Shown here: positions 14,113-25,889 of the stretch, in pieces
Numbering within the stretch: position 1 is the stretch's first letter
Layout: each line of letters opens with the position of its first letter
Assembly: GCF_030013205.1 (NCBI RefSeq)
Contig: NZ_CP122648.1
Strand: one strand, 5' to 3'
DNA length: 64,000 nucleotides
Origin: Escherichia coli
Lineage (GTDB): Bacteria > Pseudomonadota > Gammaproteobacteria > Enterobacterales > Enterobacteriaceae
Position numbers and translations under genes: made by a program
The notes under the pieces: model-generated
What the model was told of the DNA's origin: nothing
Database searches by the model: none
The model's input: the letters and a program-made list of their open reading frames with translations, nothing else

Positions 14113-15564
14113 ATGGAGTCATCCTTACGTATTGTCGCGATCACCAACTGCCCCGCCGGGATCGCTCACACCTACATGGTGGCGGAAGCCCTGGAACAGA
14201 AAGCCCGTTCTCTCGGCCATACCATAAAAGTGGAAACTCAAGGATCCAGTGGCGTTGAAAACCGCTTATCCAGCGAAGAGATTGCCGCTGCCGATTACGT
14301 GATTCTCGCCACCGGGCGTGGCCTGAGCGGTGACGATCGCGCGCGGTTTGCCGGGAAAATGGTTTATGAGATTGCCATCTCCCAGGCGCTGAAAAATATC
14401 GACCAGATTTTCAGTGAATTACCGACAAATTCGCAGCTTTTTGCCGCAGATAGCGGCGTGAAGCTCGGCAAACAGGAAGTACAAAGCGGCAGCGTGATGA
14501 GCCACCTGATGGCGGGTGTCTCTGCGGCGCTGCCGTTTGTCATCGGTGGCGGTATCCTGGTGGCGCTTGCCAACATGCTGGTGCAGTTCGGTTTGCCGTA
14601 TACCGATATGTCGAAAGGCGCGCCGTCGTTTACCTGGGTGGTTGAATCCATCGGTTATCTCGGCTTCACCTTTATGATCCCCATCATGGGCGCTTATATT
14701 GCCTCGTCGATTGCCGATAAACCCGCTTTCGCTCCGGCGTTTCTGGTTTGCTATCTGGCGAATGACAAAGCCCTGCTCGGCACCCAGTCTGGCGCGGGCT
14801 TCCTCGGCGCGGTGGTGCTGGGGCTGGCGATTGGCTATTTCGTCTTCTGGTTCCGTAAAGTGCGCCTGGGCAAAGCATTACAACCGCTGCTCGGTTCCAT
14901 GCTGATCCCGTTCGTCACTCTGCTGGTTTTCGGCGTACTGACTTACTACGTTATCGGACCGGTGATGTCCGACCTCATGGGCGGGTTGCTGCACTTCCTG
15001 AACACCATTCCTCCGTCAATGAAGTTTGCGGCAGCGTTTTTGGTCGGTGCGATGCTGGCGTTCGATATGGGCGGCCCTATCAATAAAACCGCCTGGTTCT
15101 TCTGCTTCTCACTGCTGGAAAAACACATTTATGACTGGTACGCCATCGTCGGCGTTGTCGCGCTGATGCCGCCCGTCGCGGCGGGTCTTGCGACGTTCAT
15201 TGCGCCCAAACTGTTTACTCAACAGGAAAAAGAAGCCGCCAGTAGCGCCATTGTGGTCGGTGCCACGGTCGCGACCGAACCGGCTATTCCTTACGCTCTG
15301 GCGGCACCACTGCCAATGATTACCGCCAATACGCTGGCGGGCGGCATTACCGGCGTGCTGGTGATCGCTTTCGGAATCAAACGACTGGCACCTGGTTTGG
15401 GTATCTTTGACCCGCTGATCGGCCTGATGTCGCCGGTGGGTTCGTTTTATCTGGTGCTGGCGATTGGCCTCGCGCTGAACATTTCATTCATTATCGTCCT
15501 GAAAGGATTATGGTTACGCCGCAAAGCGAAAGCCGCGCAACAGGAGCTTGTCCATGAACATTGA
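14113..15564 (+). CDS. frvB: PTS fructose-like EIIBC component FrvB (483 aa)
   Basis: N-terminal EIIB (..VAITNCPAGIAHTYM..) followed by a polytopic EIIC; ATG at 14113 with AAGGAAG Shine-Dalgarno. Confidence 0.85.
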   Translation: MESSLRIVAITNCPAGIAHTYMVAEALEQKARSLGHTIKVETQGSSGVENRLSSEEIAAADYVILATGRGLSGDDRARFAGKMVYEIAISQALKNIDQIFSELPTNSQLFAADSGVKLGKQEVQSGSVMSHLMAGVSAALPFVIGGGILVALANMLVQFGLPYTDMSKGAPSFTWVVESIGYLGFTFMIPIMGAYIASSIADKPAFAPAFLVCYLANDKALLGTQSGAGFLGAVVLGLAIGYFVFWFRKVRLGKALQPLLGSMLIPFVTLLVFGVLTYYVIGPVMSDLMGGLLHFLNTIPPSMKFAAAFLVGAMLAFDMGGPINKTAWFFCFSLLEKHIYDWYAIVGVVALMPPVAAGLATFIAPKLFTQQEKEAASSAIVVGATVATEPAIPYALAAPLPMITANTLAGGITGVLVIAFGIKRLAPGLGIFDPLIGLMSPVGSFYLVLAIGLALNISFIIVLKGLWLRRKAKAAQQELVHEH

Positions 15565-16624
15565 GTTACTGCAACAGTTGTGCGAAGCCAGCGCCGTTAG
15601 CGGCGATGAACAGGAGGTTCGCGACATTCTGATAAACACGCTGAAATCCTGCGTGAATGAAATCACCTTTGATGGGCTGGGCAGCTTTGTCGCCCGTAAG
15701 GGGAATAAAGGGCCGAAAGTTGCCGTTGTCGGCCATATGGATGAAGTCGGCTTTATGGTCACCCACATCGACGAGAGCGGTTTTCTGCGTTTTACCACCA
15801 TTGGCGGCTGGTGGAATCAGTCGATGCTCAACCACCGGGTAACCATACGCACACACAAGGGATTTAAAATCCCTGGTGTGATTGGTTCCGTCGCGCCTCA
15901 TGCGTTAACGGAAAAGCAAAAGCAACAACCGCTGTCATTTGATGAGATGTTCATTGATATTGGCGCGAACAGTCGCGAAGAAGCAGAAAAACGCGGCGTG
16001 GAAATTGGCAATTTTATTAGCCCGGAAGCCAATTTTGCCTGCTGGGGCGAAGATAAAGTGGTCGGCAAGGCGCTGGATAATCGCATCGGCTGCGCAATGA
16101 TGGCTGAGCTATTGCAGACGGTGAATAACCCCGAAATTACGCTGTATGGCGTTGGCAGTGTGGAAGAAGAAGTTGGGCTACGCGGGGCGCAAACCTCGGC
16201 TGAACACATTAAACCGGATGTGGTGATCGTGCTGGATACCGCTGTCGCAGGTGATGTTCCAGGCATTGATAACATTAAATATCCGCTGAAACTGGGCAAC
16301 GGGCCGGGGCTGATGCTGTTTGACAAGCGCTACTTCCCCAACCAGAAACTGGTAGCAGCGTTAAAAAGCTGTGCCACGCAGAATGATTTACCGCTGCAAT
16401 TTTCCACTATGAAAACCGGTGCGACGGATGGCGGGCGCTACAACGTGATGGGTGGCGGTCGCCCGGTTGTTGCGCTGTGCCTGCCAACGCGTTATCTGCA
16501 CGCCAACAGCGGCATGATTTCAAAAGCCGATTACGATGCTCTGCTCACGTTGATACGGGATTTTCTGACCACCTTAACCGCGGAGAAAGTCAACGCGTTT
16601 AGCCAGTTCCGTCAGGTGGATTAA
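15554..16624 (+). CDS. frvX: M42-family aminopeptidase/endoglucanase-like protein FrvX (356 aa)
   Basis: Peptidase M42 motifs (HMDEVGF, metal ligands); ATG at 15554 preceded by AGGAG; overlaps the frvB end. Confidence 0.85.
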   Translation: MNIELLQQLCEASAVSGDEQEVRDILINTLKSCVNEITFDGLGSFVARKGNKGPKVAVVGHMDEVGFMVTHIDESGFLRFTTIGGWWNQSMLNHRVTIRTHKGFKIPGVIGSVAPHALTEKQKQQPLSFDEMFIDIGANSREEAEKRGVEIGNFISPEANFACWGEDKVVGKALDNRIGCAMMAELLQTVNNPEITLYGVGSVEEEVGLRGAQTSAEHIKPDVVIVLDTAVAGDVPGIDNIKYPLKLGNGPGLMLFDKRYFPNQKLVAALKSCATQNDLPLQFSTMKTGATDGGRYNVMGGGRPVVALCLPTRYLHANSGMISKADYDALLTLIRDFLTTLTAEKVNAFSQFRQVD

Positions 16625-18372
16625 TGCTAAACGAACGCCAGTTAAAGATTGTCGATCTGCTGGAGCAACAGCCACGCACGCCTGGCGAGCTGGCGCAACA
16701 GACTGGCGTTTCTGGTAGGACCATTCTGCGTGATATTGACTATCTCAACTTTACCCTTAACGGCAAAGCCCGCATTTCCGCCAGTGGCAACGCGGGCTAT
16801 CAGCTGGAAATCTTCGAGCGCCGCAGCTTTTTTCAGTTGCTGCAAAAGCACGATAACGACGATCGGCTGCTGGCGCTGCTATTACTGAATACCTTCACTC
16901 CCCGTGCGCAACTCGCCTCGGCGCTTAATTTGCCAGAAACGTGGGTAGCAGAGCGCCTGCCCCGCCTGAAACAGCGCTATGAACGCGGTTTTTGTCTCGC
17001 TAGTCGCCCTGGTTTGGGCCATTTCATTGATGAGACAGAAGAGAAACGCATTATTTTGCTGGCGAATCTTTTACGCAAAGATCCGTTTTTAATTCCTCTG
17101 GCGGGCGTAACACGAGACAACCTTCAGCAATTATCCACGGTCTGCGACAACCAACACCGCTGGCCGCTGATGCAGGGTGATTATCTCTCCAGCCTGATTC
17201 TGGCGATTTACGCCCTGCGTAATCAACTGACCGATGAGTGGCCGCAATATCCCGGTGACGAGATAAAACAAATCGTTGAACAAAGCGGCCTGTTTCTTGG
17301 TGATAACGCTGTAAGAACCCTGACGGGGTTGATAGAGAAACAGCATCAACAGGCGCAGGTTATTTGTGTCGATAATGTGCTGGCATTGCTGCAAAGGGTG
17401 CCGGGCATTGCGTCATTGAATATTATTGATACGCAACTGGTTGAGAATATTACCGGGCATTTATTACGTTGCCTTGCCGCGCCGGTGTGGATAGGTGAGC
17501 ACCGCCAAAGCAGCATGAATAACCTGAAAGCCGCCTGGCCTGCGGCCTTTGATATGAGTCTGCACTTTATTACGCTACTGCGTGAACAACTCGATATTCC
17601 CCTTTTCGACAGCGATCTGATCGGTTTGTATTTTGCCTGTGCGCTGGAACGGCATCAAAACGAACGCCAGCCGATCATTTTGCTCTCGGACCAGAACGCG
17701 ATTGCCACCATTAATCAGCTCGCCATTGAGCGCGATGTTTTACATTGTCGGGTGATTATTGCCCGTAGCTTAAGCGAACTTGTTGCCATTCGCGAAGAGA
17801 TTGAGCCGTTATTGATCATTAATAACAGCCATTATTTACTGGATGATGCGGTCAATAATTGCATCATCGTAAAAAATATCATTACGGCTGCCGGTATCGA
17901 ACAAATAAAACATTTTCTGGCGACGGCATTTATTCGCCAGCAACCGGAGCGTTTTTTTTCTGCCCCCGGAAGTTTTCATTATTCGAATGTACGTGGTGAA
18001 AGCTGGCAACATATTACCCGGCAAATTTGTGCGCAATTAGTGACGCAACACCACATTACCGCCGATGAAGTACAACGGATCATCGCCCGCGAAAGCGAAG
18101 GCGAAAACCTGATTGTTAATCGTCTCGCCATCCCACATTGCTGGAGCGAACAGGAACGCCGTTTTCGTGGATTTTTTATTACCCTCGCCCAACCGGTTGA
18201 GGTGAATAACGAAGTAGTTAACCATGTGCTGATCGCCTGTGCCGCCGCCGATGCGCGTCATGAGCTAAAAATATTCAGCTATCTGGCAAGCGTATTGTGT
18301 CAGCATCCGGCAGAGGTTATTGCCGGGTTAACAGGATATGAGGCATTTATGGAGTTACTTCACAAGGGGTGA
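16624..18372 (+). CDS. frvR: Putative frv operon regulator FrvR (582 aa)
   Basis: 582-aa ORF with N-terminal HTH and a C-terminal PTS-EIIA-like domain; start overlaps the frvX stop. Confidence 0.85.
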   Translation: MLNERQLKIVDLLEQQPRTPGELAQQTGVSGRTILRDIDYLNFTLNGKARISASGNAGYQLEIFERRSFFQLLQKHDNDDRLLALLLLNTFTPRAQLASALNLPETWVAERLPRLKQRYERGFCLASRPGLGHFIDETEEKRIILLANLLRKDPFLIPLAGVTRDNLQQLSTVCDNQHRWPLMQGDYLSSLILAIYALRNQLTDEWPQYPGDEIKQIVEQSGLFLGDNAVRTLTGLIEKQHQQAQVICVDNVLALLQRVPGIASLNIIDTQLVENITGHLLRCLAAPVWIGEHRQSSMNNLKAAWPAAFDMSLHFITLLREQLDIPLFDSDLIGLYFACALERHQNERQPIILLSDQNAIATINQLAIERDVLHCRVIIARSLSELVAIREEIEPLLIINNSHYLLDDAVNNCIIVKNIITAAGIEQIKHFLATAFIRQQPERFFSAPGSFHYSNVRGESWQHITRQICAQLVTQHHITADEVQRIIARESEGENLIVNRLAIPHCWSEQERRFRGFFITLAQPVEVNNEVVNHVLIACAAADARHELKIFSYLASVLCQHPAEVIAGLTGYEAFMELLHKG

Positions 18373-18375
18373 ACT

Positions 18376-18400
18376 GTGTCGGATGCGCCGCATCCGACAC
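18376..18400. terminator. Palindromic REP-like hairpin between convergent frvR and yiiG
   Basis: gtgtcggatgcg-c-cgcatccgacac, perfect 12-bp arms. Confidence 0.55.
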
Positions 18401-18427
18401 TGCATTTATCACCAAAATCAAAAACGT

Positions 18428-19108
18428 TTAACGCAGGCTATTATAGTCATCGACCATTTCGTTGTACTCGCGTAACGCTCGCGGAAATGAGTCGTCGACC
18501 ATCCAGCTTGTGTTTGCATCCTGAAGTTGCTCTTTATCCCAGTCAGAGTACGGAACTTTATCTCTGACGCGGCGAACATATTTTTTAGCCTCGAGTTGAT
18601 ACTGGTCTGCCGAATTAATGAACGAGAAATTCATACCGCCTTTATCCGCTTCTTTGGCCTGCGCCACCAGCGTTTCCAGTTCAGAGACTTTCTTCATTGC
18701 CGCATCAACATCAAACTTCTCTTGCGAAATCAGGTTATTAATTTGTTTCGCTGAAATCATGACTGCCAGAGAGTAGTAGTGGAATGTTTTCCCTTCTCTT
18801 TGTTCAATATTTTTCAGTTCCGCAAGCTGGCGCTTATCGTTAATTTCCTGAATCGCCGCATGATAAGATTCTGCTACAGGTTCAAAGGCTTCAAGATTTT
18901 TTAAGAATGTCTGGTGCAGCGTTTTCCCTTTCGCAAACGCATCGTCTTTATAATTTTCCTGGGTGTAATATTTATCCATTTCGTTAATGGTATTACCCAA
19001 CGCCACGGCAGTATCAATATAACTTACCGCCACGCCATCAATAGGTTGCAGCGCAGGCGTTAACGCCACTACACGCGCTTTGTTTATAAATAAAATAATA
19101 AAATTCAC
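18428..19108 (-). CDS. yiiG: YiiG-like protein (DUF3829-type), at most 226 codons here with a GTG as the only upstream start; possibly a 5'-truncated remnant
   Basis: ORF translation recognised as the C-terminal portion of YiiG; the reading frame is closed by a stop 7 codons upstream, inside the fdhD terminator hairpin; no signal peptide or lipobox. Confidence 0.5.
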   Translation of the reverse strand: MNFIILFINKARVVALTPALQPIDGVAVSYIDTAVALGNTINEMDKYYTQENYKDDAFAKGKTLHQTFLKNLEAFEPVAESYHAAIQEINDKRQLAELKNIEQREGKTFHYYSLAVMISAKQINNLISQEKFDVDAAMKKVSELETLVAQAKEADKGGMNFSFINSADQYQLEAKKYVRRVRDKVPYSDWDKEQLQDANTSWMVDDSFPRALREYNEMVDDYNSLR

Positions 19109-19114
19109 GAAATG

Positions 19115-19153
19115 AATAAGTCCTGCAATTTAATATATATCGCAGGACTTATT
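19115..19153 (-). terminator. Hairpin terminator downstream of fdhD, abutting the yiiG ORF
   Basis: aataagtcctgc-(15 nt AT-rich loop)-gcaggacttatt, perfect 12-bp arms, 4 bp after the fdhD stop. Confidence 0.55.
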
Positions 19154-19157
19154 TTAA

Positions 19158-19991
19158 TTAATTGCTCAAACGCTGCGGATGGGTATAAACCGTTGCCCGA
19201 CCCGGTTTACAAAAACCTACCAGTGTCAGATTACAGCGCTCAGCCACTTCTACAGCAAGCGTGGTCGCGGCAGACACCGCAAACAAAATCTCTACGCCGC
19301 ACATCGCCGACTTTTGCACCATTTCATAACTGGCACGGCTGGAAACCAGTACCGCACCTTGCTGCCAGCTTTCCCCTTCTTGTGACCGGCGGCCTAACAG
19401 TTTGTCCAGCGCCACATGGCGACCCACGTCTTCATGCCCGCCGACCAGTTCGCCAGATGGCAACATCCATGCAGCGGCGTGAGTACAACCAGTCAGTTGC
19501 CCCACTGGCTGGAAATCATTGAGATGACGTAATGCATCATCCAGTTTGTTGAGATCAAACGTCTGGGTGAACGGCAGCGGCTGCACCGGTTTACCGATAT
19601 CGTTAAGCTGTTCTACACCGCATACGCCACAGCCCGTACGTCCCGCCAGCGCCCGGCGGCGCTCCTTCAACCCCATAAAGCGGCGGCTGGAAAGCTCAAT
19701 TTGCACTTCCAGACCATTACAGGAAGGAACGACATCCATACCGAAGATATCGCGCGGACTTTCGATAATCCCCTCGGAAAGCGAAAAACCGAGCGCAAAG
19801 TACTCAAGGTCTTTGGGCGACGCCATCATCACCACATGCGAAATGCCGTTGTAGACCAGCGCAACGGGAACTTCTTCCGCGACCTCATCTAACCGTGGGT
19901 GTTGTAAATCATCACGCCGCCATAACTCAATTTGACGAACACCTGTGACATTTGTCACATTTTCGATTTCTTTTTGCTGTGTTTTTTTCAC
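19158..19991 (-). CDS. fdhD: Formate dehydrogenase accessory sulfurtransferase FdhD (277 aa)
   Basis: 277-aa [31 protein letters not shown]...; divergent from fdoG. Confidence 0.9.
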   Translation of the reverse strand: MKKTQQKEIENVTNVTGVRQIELWRRDDLQHPRLDEVAEEVPVALVYNGISHVVMMASPKDLEYFALGFSLSEGIIESPRDIFGMDVVPSCNGLEVQIELSSRRFMGLKERRRALAGRTGCGVCGVEQLNDIGKPVQPLPFTQTFDLNKLDDALRHLNDFQPVGQLTGCTHAAAWMLPSGELVGGHEDVGRHVALDKLLGRRSQEGESWQQGAVLVSSRASYEMVQKSAMCGVEILFAVSAATTLAVEVAERCNLTLVGFCKPGRATVYTHPQRLSN

Positions 19992-20184
19992 TTTCTCTTA
20001 ACCAGATAAGAACACACACACCAACATTATGGTATTCTGTTACAAACCCTTCCTGGATGGAGGGAAATTGAGCCAATTCTGGACCTTTGCGGCCCCTTCC
20101 GCAAAGAAAAATAACTCCCACTCCCTGCACACGCAGCAAGCGAATGTAAATGGGACGTGACAATGTCGAAACAAGGAGCAATCC

Positions 20185-23100
20185 ATGCAGGTCAGCAGAA
20201 GGCAGTTCTTTAAGATCTGCGCTGGCGGTATGGCAGGCACCACGGCAGCGGCACTGGGTTTTGCACCCAGCGTAGCACTCGCGGAAACCCGGCAGTATAA
20301 ACTGCTGCGCACCCGCGAAACCCGTAATACCTGCACCTATTGTTCCGTAGGCTGTGGGCTGTTGATGTACAGCCTCGGTGACGGAGCAAAAAACGCCAAA
20401 GCATCTATCTTCCATATCGAAGGCGATCCGGATCACCCGGTCAACCGCGGTGCACTTTGTCCGAAAGGCGCTGGCCTGGTGGATTTCATCCACTCCGAAA
20501 GCCGTCTGAAGTTTCCGGAATACCGTGCGCCAGGTTCTGATAAATGGCAGCAAATCAGTTGGGAAGAGGCGTTTGATCGCATCGCCAAACTGATGAAAGA
20601 AGACCGCGATGCTAACTACATTGCGCAAAACGCCGAAGGCGTGACCGTTAACCGCTGGCTCTCCACCGGGATGCTGTGTGCTTCCGCGTCGAGTAACGAA
20701 ACCGGCTATTTAACGCAAAAATTCTCCCGCGCGCTGGGTATGCTCGCGGTCGACAACCAGGCGCGTGTCTGACACGGACCAACGGTAGCAAGTCTTGCTC
20801 CAACATTTGGTCGCGGTGCGATGACCAACCACTGGGTCGACATCAAGAACGCCAACCTCGTCGTGGTGATGGGCGGTAACGCCGCTGAAGCTCACCCGGT
20901 CGGGTTCCGCTGGGCGATGGAAGCCAAAATTCACAACGGCGCGAAGCTGATTGTGATCGATCCTCGCTTTACGCGTACGGCGGCGGTGGCTGACTACTAT
21001 GCCCCTATTCGTTCCGGTACTGACATTGCTTTCCTGTCAGGCGTATTGCTGTACCTGCTGAACAATGAAAAATTCAACCGCGAATACACCGAAGCCTATA
21101 CCAACGCCAGCCTGATCGTGCGTGAGGATTACGGCTTTGAAGATGGCCTGTTCACCGGCTATGACGCGGAAAAACGCAAGTACGATAAATCCTCCTGGAC
21201 TTACGAACTGGACGAAAACGGCTTCGCCAAACGCGATACCACGCTGCAACATCCGCGCTGCGTGTGGAACTTGCTGAAACAGCACGTTTCCCGCTACACG
21301 CCAGATGTGGTTGAAAACATCTGCGGTACGCCAAAAGACGCGTTCCTGAAAGTCTGCGAATACATCGCCGAAACCAGTGCTCACGATAAAACAGCGTCGT
21401 TCCTCTACGCCCTCGGCTGGACGCAACACTCCATTGGTGCGCAAAACATTCGTACGATGGCGATGATCCAGCTGCTGCTCGGCAATATGGGGATGGCTGG
21501 CGGCGGCGTTAACGCCCTGCGCGGTCACTCCAATATTCAGGGGCTGACCGACCTGGGGCTGCTGTCGCAGAGCCTGCCAGGTTACATGACGCTGCCAAGC
21601 GAGAAGCAGACCGATCTGCAAACCTACCTTGCCGCCAACACGCCGAAACCGCTGCTGGAAGGCCAGGTTAACTACTGGGGCAATTACCCGAAATTCTTCG
21701 TCTCCATGATGAAGGCCTTCTTTGGTGATAAAGCGACGGCAGAAAACAGCTGGGGCTTTGACTGGTTGCCGAAGTGGGATAAAGGCTACGACGTCCTGCA
21801 ATACTTCGAGATGATGAAAGAGGGCAAAGTCAATGGCTATATCTGCCAGGGCTTTAACCCGGTTGCCTCATTCCCGAACAAAAACAAAGTGATCGGCTGT
21901 CTGTCGAAACTGAAGTTCCTCGTGACCATCGACCCGCTGAACACTGAAACCTCTAACTTCTGGCAGAACCACGGTGAACTGAACGAAGTTGACTCGTCGA
22001 AGATCCAGACCGAAGTGTTCCGTCTGCCATCGACCTGCTTCGCGGAAGAGAACGGTTCAATCGTCAACTCTGGTCGCTGGTTGCAGTGGCACTGGAAAGG
22101 TGCGGACGCCCCGGGGATTGCGCTGACTGACGGCGAGATCCTCTCCGGTATCTTCCTGCGCTTGCGCAAGATGTATGCCGAACAGGGTGGCGCGAACCCG
22201 GACCAGGTGCTGAACATGACCTGGAACTACGCCATTCCGCATGAGCCATCTTCAGAAGAAGTGGCGATGGAGAGTAACGGTAAGGCGCTGGCCGATATTA
22301 CCGATCCGGCAACCGGTGCGGTTATCGTCAAGAAAGGCCAACAACTTAGCTCGTTCGCCCAACTGCGCGATGACGGTACAACCTCCTGTGGCTGCTGGAT
22401 TTTCGCCGGTAGCTGGACGCCAGAGGGCAACCAGATGGCACGCCGTGATAACGCCGATCCGTCTGGCCTCGGTAACACGCTGGGCTGGGCATGGGCATGG
22501 CCGCTTAACCGCCGTATTCTGTATAACCGCGCCTCCGCAGATCCGCAGGGTAACCCGTGGGATCCGAAGCGTCAGTTGCTGAAATGGGACGGCACTAAGT
22601 GGACCGGCTGGGATATTCCGGACTACAGCGCAGCGCCTCCGGGCAGCGGTGTTGGGCCGTTTATCATGCAGCAGGAAGGCATGGGGCGTCTGTTTGCCCT
22701 CGATAAGATGGCGGAAGGTCCGTTCCCGGAACACTACGAGCCGTTTGAAACGCCGCTGGGAACTAACCCGCTGCATCCAAACGTTATCTCGAACCCGGCT
22801 GCACGTATCTTTAAAGACGACGCCGAAGCGTTGGGTAAAGCCGATAAGTTCCCGTATGTCGGAACCACCTATCGTCTGACCGAGCACTTCCACTACTGGA
22901 CCAAACACGCGCTGTTGAACGCGATTTTGCAACCAGAGCAGTTTGTGGAAATCGGTGAGTCGCTGGCGAATAAACTTGGCATTGCCCAGGGCGATACCGT
23001 GAAAGTCTCCTCCAACCGTGGCTATATCAAAGCCAAAGCGGTGGTGACCAAACGTATTCGCACGCTGAAAGCGAACGGCAAAGATATCGATACCATCGGT

Positions 23101-23235
23101 ATTCCGATTCACTGGGGCTATGAAGGTGTTGCGAAAAAAGGCTTTATTGCCAACACGTTAACGCCATTCGTCGGTGATGCGAACACGCAGACGCCAGAGT
23201 TTAAGTCCTTCCTTGTGAATGTGGAAAAGGTGTAA
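20185..23235 (+). CDS. fdoG: Formate dehydrogenase-O major subunit FdoG (1016 aa) with in-frame UGA selenocysteine at codon 196
   Basis: Tat signal MQVSRRQFFKICAGG; two track ORFs (20185..20772 and 20821..23235) share one frame and are joined by TGA at 20770-20772; molybdopterin oxidoreductase motifs throughout. Confidence 0.9.
20770..20815 (+). other. Selenocysteine UGA codon and adjacent SECIS stem-loop of fdoG
   Basis: UGA followed at once by cacggaccaacggtagcaagtcttgctcc, which can fold as a hairpin in the position expected for a bacterial SECIS. Confidence 0.7.
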
Positions 23236-23247
23236 CGGAGACGACAT

Positions 23248-24150
23248 ATGGCTTATCAATCGCAAGATATCATTCGTCGTTCCGCGACTAACGGTCTGAC
23301 CCCCGCGCCTCAGGCGCGGGACTTCCAGGAAGAAGTGGCGAAACTCATCGACGTCACCACCTGTATCGGCTGTAAAGCCTGTCAGGTGGCGTGTTCAGAG
23401 TGGAACGACATTCGCGATACCGTCGGCAATAACATTGGGGTGTACGACAACCCCAATGATTTAAGCGCCAAATCGTGGACGGTAATGCGCTTCTCGGAAG
23501 TGGAACAGAACGACAAACTGGAATGGCTGATCCGCAAAGACGGCTGTATGCACTGTTCCGATCCAGGCTGCCTGAAAGCGTGCCCGGCGGAAGGAGCAAT
23601 TATTCAGTATGCCAACGGTATCGTCGACTTCCAGTCCGAGCAGTGCATCGGCTGCGGTTATTGCATTGCGGGCTGTCCGTTCGACATTCCGCGCCTCAAC
23701 CCGGAAGACAACCGCGTCTACAAATGTACGCTGTGCGTTGACCGCGTGGTGGTTGGGCAAGAACCAGCCTGCGTGAAGACCTGCCCAACGGGCGCGATTC
23801 ACTTCGGTACGAAAGAGTCGATGAAAACGCTGGCGAGCGAGCGCGTGGCGGAGCTGAAAACTCGCGGTTACGACAATGCGGGTCTGTACGATCCGGCAGG
23901 CGTTGGTGGTACACACGTTATGTACGTGCTGCACCATGCTGACAAGCCAAATCTGTATCATGGCTTGCCGGAGAACCCGGAAATCAGCGAAACCGTGAAA
24001 TTCTGGAAAGGCATCTGGAAACCGCTCGCAGCTGTTGGCTTTGCGGCTACCTTCGCAGCCAGTATCTTCCACTACGTGGGTGTCGGTCCGAACCGTGCGG
24101 ATGAGGAAGAGAATAATCTGCACGAAGAGAAAGACGAGGAGCGCAAATGA
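23248..24150 (+). CDS. fdoH: Formate dehydrogenase-O iron-sulfur subunit FdoH (300 aa)
   Basis: Multiple CxxCxxCxxxCP ferredoxin motifs and a C-terminal TM anchor. Confidence 0.9.
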
Positions 24151-24782
24151 AACGACGTGACACCATCGTGCGCTACACCGCGCCGGAACGTATCAACCAC
24201 TGGATCACCGCCTTCTGCTTCATCCTGGCGGCGGTGAGCGGGCTGGGCTTTTTGTTCCCGTCCTTCAACTGGTTGATGCAAATCATGGGCACACCGCAGC
24301 TGGCGCGAATTCTGCACCCGTTTGTCGGCGTGGTTATGTTTGCCTCGTTCATCATCATGTTTTTCCGTTACTGGCATCACAACCTAATCAATCGGGATGA
24401 TATCTTTTGGGCGAAGAATATTCGTAAGATCGTCGTCAACGAGGAAGTAGGTGACACCGGGCGTTATAACTTCGGTCAGAAATGCGTTTTCTGGGCGGCG
24501 ATTATTTTCCTGGTTCTGCTGCTGGTGAGCGGCGTGATTATCTGGCGTCCTTATTTTGCGCCTGCTTTCTCAATCCCGGTGATCCGATTCGCGTTAATGC
24601 TGCATTCATTTGCCGCAGTGGCGTTAATTGTGGTTATCATGGTGCATATCTACGCCGCCCTTTGGGTGAAAGGCACGATTACCGCCATGGTGGAAGGATG
24701 GGTTACCAGCGCCTGGGCGAAGAAACATCACCCGCGCTGGTACCGTGAGGTCCGCAAGACAACGGAAAAGAAAGCTGAATGA
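24147..24782 (+). CDS. fdoI: Formate dehydrogenase-O cytochrome b556 subunit FdoI (211 aa)
   Basis: Four-TM b-type cytochrome ORF overlapping the fdoH stop. Confidence 0.9.
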
Positions 24783-25708
24783 GTATTCGCATAATCCCGC
24801 AAGATGAGCTGGGTTCGAGCGAGAAACGTACGGCGGATATGATTCCGCCGTTATTGTTCCCTCGGCTCAAGAATTTATACAACCGCCGCGCCGAGCGTCT
24901 GCGCGAGCTGGCAGAAAATAATCCGCTGGGTGATTACCTGCGCTTTGCTGCGCTTATCGCCCACGCCCAGGAAGTGGTGCTGTACGACCATCCGCTGGAG
25001 ATGGATCTGACTGCACGCATTAAAGAAGCCAGCGCACAGGGCAAGCCCCCGCTGGATATTCACGTTCTGCCGCGTGATAAGCACTGGCAAAAGCTGCTGA
25101 TGGCGCTAATTGCTGAGCTGAAACCTGAAATGAGCGGCCCGGCGCTGGCAGTGATTGAGAATCTGGAGAAGGCATCGACTCAGGAGCTGGAAGATATGGC
25201 CAGCGCACTGTTTGCCTCTGATTTCTCATCCGTCAGTAGCGATAAAGCGCCGTTTATCTGGGCTGCACTGTCGCTCTACTGGGCGCAGATGGCCAATCTG
25301 ATCCCCGGCAAAGCCCGCGCTGAATACGGCGAACAACGTCAATATTGCCCGGTATGTGGCTCTATGCCTGTTTCCAGCATGGTGCAAATTGGCACCACTC
25401 AGGGTCTGCGTTACCTGCACTGCAACCTGTGTGAAACCGAATGGCACGTAGTGCGCGTAAAATGCAGCAACTGCGAGCAGAGCGGCAAACTGCATTACTG
25501 GTCGCTGGATGACGAACAGGCCGCGATTAAAGCCGAAAGCTGCGATGACTGCGGCACTTACCTGAAGATTCTTTATCAGGAAAAAGAACCGAAAGTTGAA
25601 GCCGTGGCAGATGACCTCGCCTCTCTGGTACTGGACGCGCGAATGGAGCAAGAAGGCTATGCTCGTAGTTCCATCAACCCGTTCCTGTTTCCGGGTGAAG
25701 GGGAGTAA
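24779..25708 (+). CDS. fdhE: Formate dehydrogenase formation protein FdhE (309 aa)
   Basis: [28 protein letters not shown]... with the CxxC pairs typical of FdhE. Confidence 0.9.
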   Translation: MSIRIIPQDELGSSEKRTADMIPPLLFPRLKNLYNRRAERLRELAENNPLGDYLRFAALIAHAQEVVLYDHPLEMDLTARIKEASAQGKPPLDIHVLPRDKHWQKLLMALIAELKPEMSGPALAVIENLEKASTQELEDMASALFASDFSSVSSDKAPFIWAALSLYWAQMANLIPGKARAEYGEQRQYCPVCGSMPVSSMVQIGTTQGLRYLHCNLCETEWHVVRVKCSNCEQSGKLHYWSLDDEQAAIKAESCDDCGTYLKILYQEKEPKVEAVADDLASLVLDARMEQEGYARSSINPFLFPGEGE

Positions 25709-25889
25709 TCTCTGACGTTTTCCGGGTGGCGCAGGTCGCCCGGATTACAGTTCATAGGGTGTGACGACACCATCTCTCTTATTCCGCGTTACCACCTCAA
25801 GCTATGCTGCCAGTGCCTGTTTTGCCTCAATTTTCACACTGAACAAATCGATAACAATATCGATATCAAATAGCCAAATCTTTTTGCCA

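Noticed and set aside
21037-23112. 254-aa and 286-aa minus-strand ORFs
   Set aside because: Both lie inside fdoG on the opposite strand; shadow ORFs.
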